In this document: positions 45,822 through 54,969 of the stretch, piece after piece
How positions within the stretch are numbered: the first letter of the stretch is position 1
How the letters are laid out: the number at the start of each line of letters is the position of its first letter
Assembly (NCBI GenBank): GCA_017621085.1
Contig: JAGATW010000096.1
Coordinates: 7,283-71,282, forward strand
Direction of reading: 5' to 3'
Source of the DNA: Clostridia bacterium
GTDB lineage: Bacteria > Bacillota > Clostridia > Oscillospirales > CAG-272
Length of the DNA stretch: 64,000 nucleotides
The notes under the pieces: model-generated
Told to the model about the DNA's origin: nothing
The model's input: only the letters and a program-made list of their open reading frames with translations
The model's database searches: none
Program-made: the position numbers and the translations under genes

Positions 45822-47864
45822 ATGAAAAAGAAACTTTTAATGGTGGCTGTAATCGTTGCACTTTTAGTGTGTGCTCTTGCAGTTTCTGCAAGTGCTTCTG
45901 CAAACGGCAGCGCTTCAAATGAGTATGGCACACCTACAATCTATGACAGCATAGTTGAAAAGGATAAGCTTGATACAACATCAAGAGTTGTGCTTGTAAA
46001 TGCAGACGGCACATATTCAACCTATCCTGCGTATTATATTTTGAAAAACGATCTTAACTCAAGCCTTGATTTCACAGCGCTTAACACTGCAACAGGTGAA
46101 AGCTATTCTAATAAAAGCGTTGTAAGAATTGAGTTCCCAAACGCAATCAAGCAAATCAACGGCAGTATGTTCGATGAAAACAAGGCTCTTATTGAAGTTG
46201 ACTTGCCAAGCTCACTCGAGTCAGTACAGAGCAGAGCGTTTTACAACTGTATTAATTTGCAGTACATTGACGGAACCGAAGGCTTGCTTATTTTCCCAGA
46301 GGGCTTTACAAGAATCGCAGCTAACAATGCGTTCTACAACTGTGATAAAATCAAGTACGTTGAATTCCCCTCAACCTTTACATATTTAGGTCAGGCAGCC
46401 TTTCACGATTGTGACGGTCTTTTGCTTGCCAGCTTTGATAAGGTAAATGAGGCAATTAATAACGGAACAAGAACAGCAAGAGTTGACTTCAACAACTGCG
46501 GCTCATTCAAATATTGTGACAATCTTGTAGCCTTGAGCCTTCCAGAATTAACAACCACTGCAATTAACCGTCTTGCGTGTGGCTGTACTAATTTAACAGC
46601 GGTTTATTTGCCTGATTCAATTGTGGAAATAGGCACAAATGCAAACGGACAAGGCGCATTTGATGATTGCACAAAAATGTACTTTGTACAAGAGTCCTTT
46701 ACAGTTAGCCAATGCATAGTAGATGGACAGGTTGATTTAAGTAAGCTTGACTTGCCTGAAAAGCCGGCAGTTTATTATATGCCAACAAGCTTTACTAAAT
46801 TTATCGGTCACGTTGACTCAAATCAGTGGAGCAAGGGTGGAACTATTTTCAGAAATTGCACATCCTTAAACGATACTATTGTTTTCGGTGAAGCGTTTAC
46901 ATTCTTTAACGGATATAATGTAATGCAAGGAGTAGGAACAAAGGACTCACCTAAGAATGTTGTTTTCTTGGCTGATATGACAGAGGCAATTACATTGCAA
47001 AATACATCGTATATTAATTTCTATTTTGCAAACCCGGCAGATAAATCTCCTGCTGACATTGGCTTAAAGATTGCATATAAGGCAAGCAACACAACAGAAA
47101 CATATTGGTATTTCTGTAACGGCGGAGCAAGATATACATATGCAATACAGGAAAAGCTGCTTAGTGATGATATTGCTGTAAATCTTGAAACTATTCTTAC
47201 AACAAAGGATGAGGTTAACTTTGTTCACGCAGCTGAAAAGCAGGGCGAAAGCGATGCAACATGTACACTCCCTGCAGGACTTCACACATACTGCTTCTGT
47301 GGCAAGGTAGCTTACTCAGAGTATGTAGAGGGCTCAGTTGCATTGGGTCACGATACACTTGTTGCAAACGGTGCTATCGATCTTGGCATAGCTTATATAA
47401 ACTTCTTTGAAAACGGTGCACATAGCTATGAGTGTGCAAGATGTGGAGAAGCGTGTGTAGAGGAAACAGAGGCTCTCTTTGTATGGAAGGGCTATACAGT
47501 ATCTGTATTTGGCGATACCTTTGCAATGGCACAGGGCTTTGCAGTTAACAGTGTGGCGGTTGAGGCTTATAAGGAGTATGATGCAGGCTTTGAGTTTGGC
47601 TTGATTGCAGCAGGTAACAAAAACGAAAACGGAGAAGCATTTGCACCAGAATTAAGCGGAGATTTGTGCATACCTCAGAGCAAAATAGCTCACGATTATT
47701 TTGACATCAAGATAGCAGGCATTACAGACACTTTGGTTGAAAAGCAAATTGTATTCTGCGCATATGTAAAGGCACAGGATAAGGTATACTATCTTGACAA
47801 TGAAACAACAAGCGAAGCAGTAACAGGTATTAGCTACAACACAATAGTAGGCTTGCTAGGCTGA
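45822..47864 (+). CDS. Secreted BspA-type LRR surface protein, paralogue 3 of the conserved-ends family
   Basis: Start at ATG 45822 (AAGGAG 45809-45814), which gives the signal peptide MKKKLLMVAVIVALLVCALAVSASA. LRR_5-type repeats. Cys/His units (ATCTLPAGLHTYCFCG, YECARCGEAC). A diverged copy of the C-terminal module (EALFVWKGYTVS...YFDIKIAGI...). Confidence 0.8.
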   Translation: MKKKLLMVAVIVALLVCALAVSASASANGSASNEYGTPTIYDSIVEKDKLDTTSRVVLVNADGTYSTYPAYYILKNDLNSSLDFTALNTATGESYSNKSVVRIEFPNAIKQINGSMFDENKALIEVDLPSSLESVQSRAFYNCINLQYIDGTEGLLIFPEGFTRIAANNAFYNCDKIKYVEFPSTFTYLGQAAFHDCDGLLLASFDKVNEAINNGTRTARVDFNNCGSFKYCDNLVALSLPELTTTAINRLACGCTNLTAVYLPDSIVEIGTNANGQGAFDDCTKMYFVQESFTVSQCIVDGQVDLSKLDLPEKPAVYYMPTSFTKFIGHVDSNQWSKGGTIFRNCTSLNDTIVFGEAFTFFNGYNVMQGVGTKDSPKNVVFLADMTEAITLQNTSYINFYFANPADKSPADIGLKIAYKASNTTETYWYFCNGGARYTYAIQEKLLSDDIAVNLETILTTKDEVNFVHAAEKQGESDATCTLPAGLHTYCFCGKVAYSEYVEGSVALGHDTLVANGAIDLGIAYINFFENGAHSYECARCGEACVEETEALFVWKGYTVSVFGDTFAMAQGFAVNSVAVEAYKEYDAGFEFGLIAAGNKNENGEAFAPELSGDLCIPQSKIAHDYFDIKIAGITDTLVEKQIVFCAYVKAQDKVYYLDNETTSEAVTGISYNTIVGLLG

Positions 47865-47888
47865 TTTTGATTATAAGTTGATAATAAA

Positions 47889-47917
47889 ACGGACTGTTGT
47901 TAACAGTCCGTTTTTTG
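47889..47917. terminator. Bidirectional terminator
   Basis: ACGGACTGTT / AACAGTCCGT stem with a 3-nt loop, TTTTTTG tail and an A-run upstream. Lies between convergent genes. Confidence 0.8.
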
Positions 47918-47925
47918 TATTAAAT

Positions 47926-48681
47926 TCAAGCTATGGCTTGTGCGTTACCTTCATCATTTATAATATTGCCCGCATTATCAATTTCCAATTTTCCAAGCTT
48001 GTTACAACGGTCAAGCAGTACTCCTGCCATTTCCTCTCTTGTTTCGCAAACACTTGCAAGCTGAGAATAATTTATAGGCGTATCAATTACATATTGAGTA
48101 GTATCAATTTTGAAATATGTAACATAAATTGGCACATCAATACCCTTTTTGTAGCAATATTCTGCAAGCATAACAACACCGCAATGAAAGCCCTCAAGCT
48201 CCTTTAAATAGCCCTTTGTTGAATCCTCAGGAAAAACAACAACGCTTTCCTTGTTTTCAATAGCCTTGTGGCTTTCCTTAAGAGTTTTTACAAATCTTGC
48301 GTCCTTGTATGTTGAAATCAGGTTAAGTCCCTTGTAAAACAGATTAGTTAAAGGACTTGCAATTAAGCAGAACAAGCGTGATAAAAATAAATTCCAATGC
48401 TTCTTTTGGTGATAATAAACCTCAGTTTGATATTTATATAGCTTTTTAAGTCCTGAGTTCATCTCGTGTGCGCCCCACATTCTAATTGGAGTGTCAAGAT
48501 AAAGCTCTAAGGACATAGGACCGTCAGTGCCCTCGTGGTTGCTGATAATAATAGAACCTTCCTTAATTTCATCGCCAAGATAAATAAACTGTGGCTTTTT
48601 ATATCTGCCCGTCATTATATTTTTAAACTGCTCATACCAAGGCTTACGGTTAGAGCGAGAAACAATTTTTCTTCCCATCAT
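47926..48681 (-). CDS. PlsC-family lysophospholipid acyltransferase
   Basis: HX4D motif NHEGTDG. 251 aa. Confidence 0.7.
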   Translation of the reverse strand: MMGRKIVSRSNRKPWYEQFKNIMTGRYKKPQFIYLGDEIKEGSIIISNHEGTDGPMSLELYLDTPIRMWGAHEMNSGLKKLYKYQTEVYYHQKKHWNLFLSRLFCLIASPLTNLFYKGLNLISTYKDARFVKTLKESHKAIENKESVVVFPEDSTKGYLKELEGFHCGVVMLAEYCYKKGIDVPIYVTYFKIDTTQYVIDTPINYSQLASVCETREEMAGVLLDRCNKLGKLEIDNAGNIINDEGNAQAIA

Positions 48682-48703
48682 AACACCTTAGCAAGCAAAA
48701 GCC

Positions 48704-49597
48704 TTACTTGTTGTCAAATAGCTTTAAAGCCTGCTCCTTTTCGTATATATATTCCTTATTACAGAACTGACAGCTAAGGGAAAGCTGTTCCTTTTCCCCT
48801 GCCTCCTTCTGCTCCTTAAATATGCGTTCAACCTCGCTAAGACCAAGGCTGTAAATTGCACGCTCTGTTCTTTCCTTGGAGCAATTGCAGGTATAATCCA
48901 CAGTAAGCTCATCAAAAAGGTCATACTCAATTCCATTGAGGGCAAGCTTTAAAATGTCCTCATTGGAAAGACCCTTGTCAAACTGAGAGGAAATGTTTGT
49001 TAAAAGCTTAGCATTTTCCTCAAGACGTGCTACAACCTCTTCATCAGCAAACGGAAGAAGCTGAACAAAAACACCACCGGATGCACGACAGGTGTAATCA
49101 GTATCAACCAAAACACCAAGAGCGCAAAGGGTTGGCACCTGCTCGCTTATTGCATAGTACTGTGCAATATCCTCAGCAACCTCACCGCTTACAAGCTCAA
49201 TATTGCCATTGTAAGGCACCTCAGCACCAACATCCTTGGAAACTGAAAGAATGCCACCACCCACAATTCCGGAAACGTCAAGCTTTCCACTTGGCTTAAG
49301 CGGTAAATCGGCTAAAGGATTTTGAATATATCCCTTTACATTTCCATAGTAGTCAGCAACACAAAGCGTAGTACCTGCAATGCCCTGTCCTCTTATAGCA
49401 ACGGTCATAGTGTTGTCGCTTTCGGGAAGCATAGTTCCCATAACGCTTGACGCAGTTAAAAGTCTGCCAAAAAGAGCAGTAGCGGTAGGTGCAGTTTTGT
49501 GTATGCTAATAGCCTTATTTACAATATCGGTTGAATTAATTACATATGCACGGGCACTTCCGTCCCTTGTCATTGCGCGAATAATTGTTGAACTCAT
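48704..49597 (-). CDS. hslO: Redox-regulated chaperone Hsp33
   Basis: IRAMTRDGSARAYV N-terminus. C-terminal CNCS...CQFC zinc switch. Confidence 0.9.
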   Translation of the reverse strand: MSSTIIRAMTRDGSARAYVINSTDIVNKAISIHKTAPTATALFGRLLTASSVMGTMLPESDNTMTVAIRGQGIAGTTLCVADYYGNVKGYIQNPLADLPLKPSGKLDVSGIVGGGILSVSKDVGAEVPYNGNIELVSGEVAEDIAQYYAISEQVPTLCALGVLVDTDYTCRASGGVFVQLLPFADEEVVARLEENAKLLTNISSQFDKGLSNEDILKLALNGIEYDLFDELTVDYTCNCSKERTERAIYSLGLSEVERIFKEQKEAGEKEQLSLSCQFCNKEYIYEKEQALKLFDNK

Positions 49598-50388
49598 ATA
49601 ACACTCCTAAAATTTGGTGAATTTTCATCCTTCTTGCATCTTACTGTAAAATACCACTTTTCGTCGTTTTCTGTGGCAGGTGTGTGATTTAAATCACCAT
49701 AAACACCAATAATTTCAAAGCCACAGTCCTTAAGCGCATTTTCAATTTGACGCCTTGTGTAGCATTTTTCCCTTTGCATTTCGTCATTTCTTGTATAAGT
49801 TCCGTCCTCGTTTTCTGTAAAAATGGACAAGTAAAAGTGGCAAAGCCTACTTTTTTCATTATACTCGTTTTGCCAAGCGCAAAGAGCCCCGTTTTGCTCT
49901 AAAACATAGTCGTTATTTCCATAAATGCTTTTAAAGCGATGTGGTGTATTTATATCAAAAACAAATATACCATCGGGTATGAGATAATTATAAACTAAGG
50001 AAAAGCATTTTTTAACATCACTAATTTTAGTTAAGTAATTAATGCTGTCAAGTGAGCATACACAGGCATCAACCGTGCCGTAAAGCTCAAAATCAGTCAT
50101 ATTCTGGCATAGCCATAATACATCTGTAATTCCCTGCTTGTAGCATTCCTCACGGGCAACACTAAGCATTTCCCCGCTTAAATCAACTCCTGTCATATCA
50201 TAGCCAAGACCACGGAGTAAAAGCGTAAGCTTACCTGTGCCACAGGCAAGGTCTAATACTAATTGAGTGCTAACCTTTTCGTTGCTTTTAATTTCACCTG
50301 CAAGATACGAGGCAAGCTTATCATAATCGCAACCAAAATTTAACGCATCATAAACCTTAGCAAGAGAAGAATACTGCTCATAGCTCAT
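49594..50388 (-). CDS. Class I SAM-dependent methyltransferase
   Basis: Motif I VLDLACGTG. Start set at ATG 50388 (AAGGGGG 8 nt upstream); the track start is an upstream TTG. ATGA overlap with the hslO start. Confidence 0.8.
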   Translation of the reverse strand: MSYEQYSSLAKVYDALNFGCDYDKLASYLAGEIKSNEKVSTQLVLDLACGTGKLTLLLRGLGYDMTGVDLSGEMLSVAREECYKQGITDVLWLCQNMTDFELYGTVDACVCSLDSINYLTKISDVKKCFSLVYNYLIPDGIFVFDINTPHRFKSIYGNNDYVLEQNGALCAWQNEYNEKSRLCHFYLSIFTENEDGTYTRNDEMQREKCYTRRQIENALKDCGFEIIGVYGDLNHTPATENDEKWYFTVRCKKDENSPNFRSVI

Positions 50389-50694
50389 AAAAATAGCCCC
50401 CTTTACAATAATCAAGTCATTATAACATAAAAATATTGCAAAGTAAAGAACAAAATAATTTTAGGTTGAATTAATTATACCAATGATTAATAAACTGTAA
50501 CTAAACAAATAAGACAAATAGCATAATATTATATTGGCAAAATCAAGAACGTAGGTAGAAGCTTTTCATTGACATTTTGGGATAAAATAATAGAGCTTGC
50601 GTCTGGCGCTGACGAGGAAAAGTTAATTCCAAGTTGTCCACTGGCAAACTCTATCTAATTTCATTTAAACATTAAGGGTAGCAAATCTCTGTTA

Positions 50695-50723
50695 TTGACA
50701 AAATAATTATCTCGTGCTATACT
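50695..50723 (+). promoter_or_regulatory. Sigma-A promoter with no downstream protein gene
   Basis: TTGACA (50695-50700), 17 nt, TGC-TATACT (50718-50723). Confidence 0.55.
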
Positions 50724-50729
50724 ATAATC

Positions 50730-50797
50730 GACCGAGAGAGAGGTTGTTGGTGATGGGCTTTCTATCTCCGCTGCCTTTATGACATCGGTCTTTTTTT
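50730..50797 (+). ncRNA. Candidate ~68-nt transcript: 9-codon mini-ORF (MGFLSPLPL) embedded in a stem plus U7 terminator-like structure
   Basis: GACCGA (50730-50735) pairs with TCGGTC (50785-50790), followed by TTTTTTT. There is an inner helix 50736-50743 / 50061-50068-type pairing at 50736-50743 with 50761-50768. AGAGAGG lies 9 nt upstream of ATG 50753, and the stop TGA is at 50780-50782. Confidence 0.3.
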
Positions 50798-50950
50798 ATG
50801 CTTGCATCATTCTAACTCGCTTTTTTCTCTGCCTTAAGCTCCTTCGCCACAGACGGTAGCGTTCCAACGATGCAAATAACGAGTTTTAAATAATGATTAA
50901 TTCAAGCTTAAATCCCCTGCACCCCGGTCAAATCATTGCCTGAGTTGTTT

Positions 50951-51163
50951 TTAATACACTTGGGTTATTTCCATTGCCTTGTTTAATATTTGCTCCTCTG
51001 TTGCTTGTGGATTCAAGCGAATATATGCTATCATCTTGTCCATCTCTGCCTTGCTCCTCATCATTGAGCATATCATCTCCGAGGCGTTGCGAGATACACT
51101 CGTATTCGCCAACACTCGAATAAAGGCTTTCATTAGTTCCTTGTTTTGTTCGGTTATTTTCAT
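50951..51163 (-). CDS. Hypothetical small protein (70 aa)
   Basis: GAGG RBS 5 nt upstream. Normal K/E-rich composition (MKITEQNKELMKAFIRVLANTS...). No family recognised. Confidence 0.5.
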   Translation of the reverse strand: MKITEQNKELMKAFIRVLANTSVSRNASEMICSMMRSKAEMDKMIAYIRLNPQATEEQILNKAMEITQVY

Positions 51164-51215
51164 TTTTACCTCGTCGTGTAGTTGTTGCAGCCTCTGTGTT
51201 TTTATTCCGTTGAAT

Positions 51216-51404
51216 TTACTCCTCTTCCTCTATTTCCATTATCTTCAAAAATTCCTGTTTGGTTATTTTGGGGTTTTCCGTTATCAATTGGTAGCTCTTT
51301 TCCAAATTCTCGTCCGTTACTGCTTCTGTTATGGTTATTTGACTGATTCCCAGTTTTTCCAAATAGTTCTTCATTGACAAAGCCATTTGATTTTGATTCT
51401 GCAT
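51216..51404 (-). CDS. Hypothetical small protein (62 aa); the frame choice is ambiguous with 51202..51417
   Basis: Downstream of a consensus promoter. Both overlapping frames are open. This frame gives a helical, acidic-tailed protein (..YLEKLGISQITITEAV..IEEEE). Confidence 0.4.
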   Translation of the reverse strand: MQNQNQMALSMKNYLEKLGISQITITEAVTDENLEKSYQLITENPKITKQEFLKIMEIEEEE

Positions 51405-51464
51405 CTATTATTTTCATCCTTTTCTTTCTTGGTATCTTTCCAACATTGCCTTGAACCTATCTCT

Positions 51465-51493
51465 ATTATATAGCATACTGTTAACAGTTTCAA
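51465..51493 (-). promoter_or_regulatory. Sigma-A promoter of the two-gene mini-cassette
   Basis: On the minus strand: TTGAAA (51493-51488), 17 nt, TATAAT (51470-51465). Confidence 0.6.
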
Positions 51494-51550
51494 CATTTTT
51501 TCTAATGCCAATTCAATTTATTTCTGCGATGTTTTCTTTTGCCAGAACTA

Positions 51551-51579
51551 TTGACATTATTCTTTTTTTATGATATCCT
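51551..51579 (+). promoter_or_regulatory. Divergent promoter (extended -10)
   Basis: TTGACA (51551-51556), then TGA-TATCCT (51571-51579) with a 17-nt spacer. Confidence 0.45.
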
Positions 51580-51585
51580 TATGTC

Positions 51586-51725
51586 GTTCTCAACATCTCT
51601 AAAAGGAGCCGTGGAGACAGACTTGTCTGTCATACTCTGTTGGGAACTATTGGTGGCAACATCCGGGTTGACATGAGCCTTGCAATTTGCAGGTATCGTG
51701 AGGAATGTTGCCACATTTTTATTTT
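51586..51725 (+). ncRNA. Candidate ~140-nt structured RNA ending in a terminator next to the murC 3' end
   Basis: Local hairpin GACAGACTTGTCTGTC (~51615-51631). 10-bp stem GTGGCAACAT (51653-51662) / ATGTTGCCAC (51705-51714) enclosing an inner hairpin, then ATTTTTATTTT. I found no plausible ORF. Confidence 0.3.
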
Positions 51726-51732
51726 ACAAAAT

Positions 51733-53106
51733 TCAAGTAATAAGAAAACGCTTTAGCTTCAAGCTTAAATCTCCGGCGCCCATAATAACAATAGCATCGC
51801 ATTGGGAGTTTTGTATTGCTTGTGCTATTTTTTCAAGGCTTGCTTCAAAAATGCCACCACAATCAAGGGCAAATTTTTCTTCGCTTAATTCAAAAATATT
51901 TTCCTCTCTTGCCGGGAAAATGGGGTAGATAATAAGCTCACTTGCGTTTTTAAAGGCTTTTGTAAATTCGTCATATAGGTAAAAGGTGCGCGAATATGTG
52001 TGACCTTGAAAAACGCACAAAACATTTTTGTAGCCCATTTTACAAAGCGAGGAAAGTGAAGCTTCAATTTCTTTTGGATGATGGGCATAATCTTCAAAAA
52101 TAGGCGCACCTGTGTCGCTATTTGTAATAAATTCCATTCTTCTGCCACAGCCCTCAAAGGTGGAAAGAGCATAGCTTATAATACTTGGGGAAATACCATA
52201 GGTATGTGCAACTGCAAAGGCGCAAAGCGCATCATATATAAAATGCTCACCTGCAAAATTTAAGGTGCATTTGCAAAGCTCCTCACCCTTTTTATAAACA
52301 AAAAAACTGACCCCGTGTTCACAATTTTCACTTTTACATTCTTTTGCATAGTAGGTCGAATTTTTGTTTAATCCGTAGGTAATAATTGATTTGTGGCAAA
52401 GACAATGGCAGTTTTCGTCGTCATAGTTGATAAATACTCGTTTTGCATTTTTAATAAACTTACTAAAGGAGCATTTTATCTCATCGATGCCACTAAAAAA
52501 ATCCGGGTGGTCATAATCAATATTTAAAATTACACCGTCTGTAATTGGTAAGCTTAAAAATGAGTTTTGATATTCACAAGCTTCAAAAACGCAAAAATCT
52601 CTGCCCCCGTGTCTGTAGTTTGACTTGAAATTATGCATTTGAGCCCCACAAAACACGGTTGGATTCATACAAGCTGTATTAAATATGTGCGCAAGCATAG
52701 CAGTTGTTGTGCTTTTTCCGTGCATTCCTGCAACACCGATTCGAGATGCGTGTAAGCTTACCACATAGCCTAAAAAGTTAGCTCTTGAAATAAGTGGTAT
52801 TTTCTTTCGCTTAGCACACTTATATTCAAAGCAATTTTCATCAATTGCATTTGTGTAAATTACTAAATCCATTCCCTTAATGTTGTCAGGAGTAGAGTAG
52901 TATTTTATGCTGCACATTTTTTCAAGCTTGGCACTTTCCACCCCTCTTTTTTGGTCGTAACCGTAAACTCTTTTGCCGATATTGGCGCAAAATTCGGCAA
53001 GGGCGCTCATTCCAATACCACCAATTCCTATAAAAAAGATTTTTTCGGCTCTTATAAATGCATTGTGAATTTCTTCACAGGAAAAATATGTATTTGACAC
53101 AGACAT
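51733..53106 (-). CDS. murC: UDP-N-acetylmuramate--L-alanine ligase
   Basis: GIGGIGMSALAEF and GMHGKSTTT motifs. 457 aa Mur ligase layout. Confidence 0.9.
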   Translation of the reverse strand: MSVSNTYFSCEEIHNAFIRAEKIFFIGIGGIGMSALAEFCANIGKRVYGYDQKRGVESAKLEKMCSIKYYSTPDNIKGMDLVIYTNAIDENCFEYKCAKRKKIPLISRANFLGYVVSLHASRIGVAGMHGKSTTTAMLAHIFNTACMNPTVFCGAQMHNFKSNYRHGGRDFCVFEACEYQNSFLSLPITDGVILNIDYDHPDFFSGIDEIKCSFSKFIKNAKRVFINYDDENCHCLCHKSIITYGLNKNSTYYAKECKSENCEHGVSFFVYKKGEELCKCTLNFAGEHFIYDALCAFAVAHTYGISPSIISYALSTFEGCGRRMEFITNSDTGAPIFEDYAHHPKEIEASLSSLCKMGYKNVLCVFQGHTYSRTFYLYDEFTKAFKNASELIIYPIFPAREENIFELSEEKFALDCGGIFEASLEKIAQAIQNSQCDAIVIMGAGDLSLKLKRFLIT

Positions 53107-53263
53107 ACAGAAAAATCTCCTTATTTATACCAATTTCTACTTAAAAAACCCAAAAAAATTATAAATTTTTACTTAATTTTTTTAAATTGTACTTAAATTG
53201 TTCACAATTGTTTGATATAATTATACTGTATTATTAAAAATTGCTAGTGGGAGGACAACAAAA

Positions 53264-53563
53264 ATGGTTGTAACTGACATCAAAATTAGAAAGTTCTTTA
53301 ACGATGGCCCTATGAAGGCTGTTGTTTCAGTAACCTTTGATGGCGCTTTGGCAGTTCATGACGTTAAGGTTATTAACGCAAGGGACAAGTATTTTATCGT
53401 AATGCCAAGTCGCAAGAATCCTGATGGAACATACAGGGACATTGTACATCCAATCAACTCTGAGTTTAGAGCAGAGCTTGAGGGTGCTGTTATCAAGGCT
53501 TACTTTGATGGTCTTGCAACTGCTGAATTCGCAGATAGCGAAGCAACAGCAGACGTAGAGTAA
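53264..53563 (+). CDS. spoVG: Septation protein SpoVG
   Basis: MVVTDIKIRKF...AVVSVTFDGALAVHDVKVI...FIVMPSRK... is the canonical SpoVG sequence pattern. Confidence 0.95.
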   Translation: MVVTDIKIRKFFNDGPMKAVVSVTFDGALAVHDVKVINARDKYFIVMPSRKNPDGTYRDIVHPINSEFRAELEGAVIKAYFDGLATAEFADSEATADVE

Positions 53564-53580
53564 ATGAATTTTACAAATCT

Positions 53581-53607
53581 GTCGGCATAAAATGCCGACT
53601 TTTTTGT
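53581..53607 (+). terminator. Rho-independent terminator
   Basis: GTCGGCAT / ATGCCGAC stem, AAA loop, TTTTTTG tail. Confidence 0.85.
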
Positions 53608-53616
53608 TTTATATTA

Positions 53617-53645
53617 TTGACATATAAAATAAATGTTGGTATAAT
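53617..53645 (+). promoter_or_regulatory. Consensus sigma-A promoter of hisS-aspS (short leader, no T-box)
   Basis: TTGACA (53617-53622), 17 nt, TATAAT (53640-53645). Confidence 0.7.
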
Positions 53646-53693
53646 ATTGTAATAATATAATATGCTAATATCTATAAATATGCGAGGTTAATT

Positions 53694-54956
53694 ATGGCAA
53701 TTAAAATACAAAAGCCAAGGGGAACTATGGATATTTTCCCAAATGAAGCACGCCTTTGGCAAAAAATCGAGTCAACTGCAAGAGATGTAGCATCACGCTA
53801 TGGCTTTGGCGAGGTTCGTACACCAACCTTTGAGGAGCTTAGCCTTTTCAAAAGAGGTGTTGGTGAGGTTACTGACGTTGTACAAAAGGAAATGTACACC
53901 TTTACAGACAGAGAGGAAAGAGTTTTTGCTCTTCGTCCTGAGGGTACTGCATCCGTTGTGCGTTCAATTATAGAAAATGGTAAAACATCTGATGTTATGC
54001 CACTCCGTTACTACTATATTATAAATTGCTTTAGATACGAAAAGCCACAGGCAGGAAGAAGCCGTGAGTTTTTCCAATTCGGTACTGAAATGTTTGGTAC
54101 AAAGGATGCAAGCGCTGATGCAACCGTTATTTCACTTGCTGACACTCTTATTAAGGAGCTTGGAATTAATAATGTAGAATTGCACATTAATTCTATCGGT
54201 TGTCCAAATTGTCGCCCTAAATACAGAGAAGCACTTGTAAATTATTTTGACTCTCACAAGGACGAGCTTTGCGACACCTGTCGTGAAAGACTTAAAACAA
54301 ATCCTTTGCGTGTTCTTGACTGTAAGAGTCCAATTTGCTCCGAGATAGCAAAGGACGCACCTAACACGGTTGATTATTTGTGCGAGGAATGTGATACTCA
54401 CTTTAAGGATTTAAAGACATATCTTGACGCACAGGGAATTAAATATACAGTTAACACAAGAATAGTTCGTGGACTTGACTATTACACAAAAACAGTATTT
54501 GAGTTTATTTGCAATGGTATTGGCGCACAAAGCACAGTTTGTGGTGGTGGTAGATACGACGGACTTATGGAACAGCTTGGCGGTCCATCCTTGCCGGGCA
54601 TCGGATTTGGTATGGGTATAACCCGTATTATTCTTGCAATGCAGGAAAGTGGTGTTGCAGAAATTGAGGAGCAAAAGCCAATTTTGTATATTGCACCTAT
54701 GGGCACAAGCGCAAGAGCAAAGGCAATGAAGATTGTTAGCGACTTAAGAAAAGACGGCTTTTATGCAGAATGTGATATTAGTGCAAGAAGCTTAAAGGCA
54801 CAAATGAAGTATGCTGACAAAATCGGTGCGCGCTACACTCTCATTATAGGAGATAGCGAGCTTGAATGCGGCAAGGCACAGCTTAAGGAAATGGCAACAA
54901 GCACACAGGAAGAAATTGAAATTGATTCTATTTGCCAAATAATAAAGAGCAAGTAA
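53694..54956 (+). CDS. hisS: Histidyl-tRNA synthetase
   Basis: RGTMDIFP, LRPEGTA and GGGRYDGL class II HisRS motifs. Confidence 0.95.
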   Translation: MAIKIQKPRGTMDIFPNEARLWQKIESTARDVASRYGFGEVRTPTFEELSLFKRGVGEVTDVVQKEMYTFTDREERVFALRPEGTASVVRSIIENGKTSDVMPLRYYYIINCFRYEKPQAGRSREFFQFGTEMFGTKDASADATVISLADTLIKELGINNVELHINSIGCPNCRPKYREALVNYFDSHKDELCDTCRERLKTNPLRVLDCKSPICSEIAKDAPNTVDYLCEECDTHFKDLKTYLDAQGIKYTVNTRIVRGLDYYTKTVFEFICNGIGAQSTVCGGGRYDGLMEQLGGPSLPGIGFGMGITRIILAMQESGVAEIEEQKPILYIAPMGTSARAKAMKIVSDLRKDGFYAECDISARSLKAQMKYADKIGARYTLIIGDSELECGKAQLKEMATSTQEEIEIDSICQIIKSK

Positions 54957-54969
54957 GAAAGAGGATATT

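Noticed and set aside
50609-50640. Hammerhead-ribozyme-like string CTGACGAG-GGAA...TTCC (CUGAnGA box plus a short stem)
   Set aside because: After the candidate stem II the sequence is CAAG, not the required GAAA core. No stem I/III partners or cleavage-site context could be built.
50979-51377. 132-aa plus-strand ORF covering the orphan island
   Set aside because: It starts with TTG and has no RBS. Its extreme F/L/C/S/I composition is what the antisense of K/E-rich genes produces. It exactly shadows the two minus-strand ORFs, which have a promoter and an RBS.
51202-51417. 71-aa ORF (MKIIDAESKSNGFVNEELFGK...) as the real first gene of the mini-cassette
   Set aside because: Not fully excluded. 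Its ATG directly abuts the purine run (no spacing for an RBS) and the product is N/G/Q-rich low complexity. I list the overlapping 51216..51404 frame instead, with low confidence.
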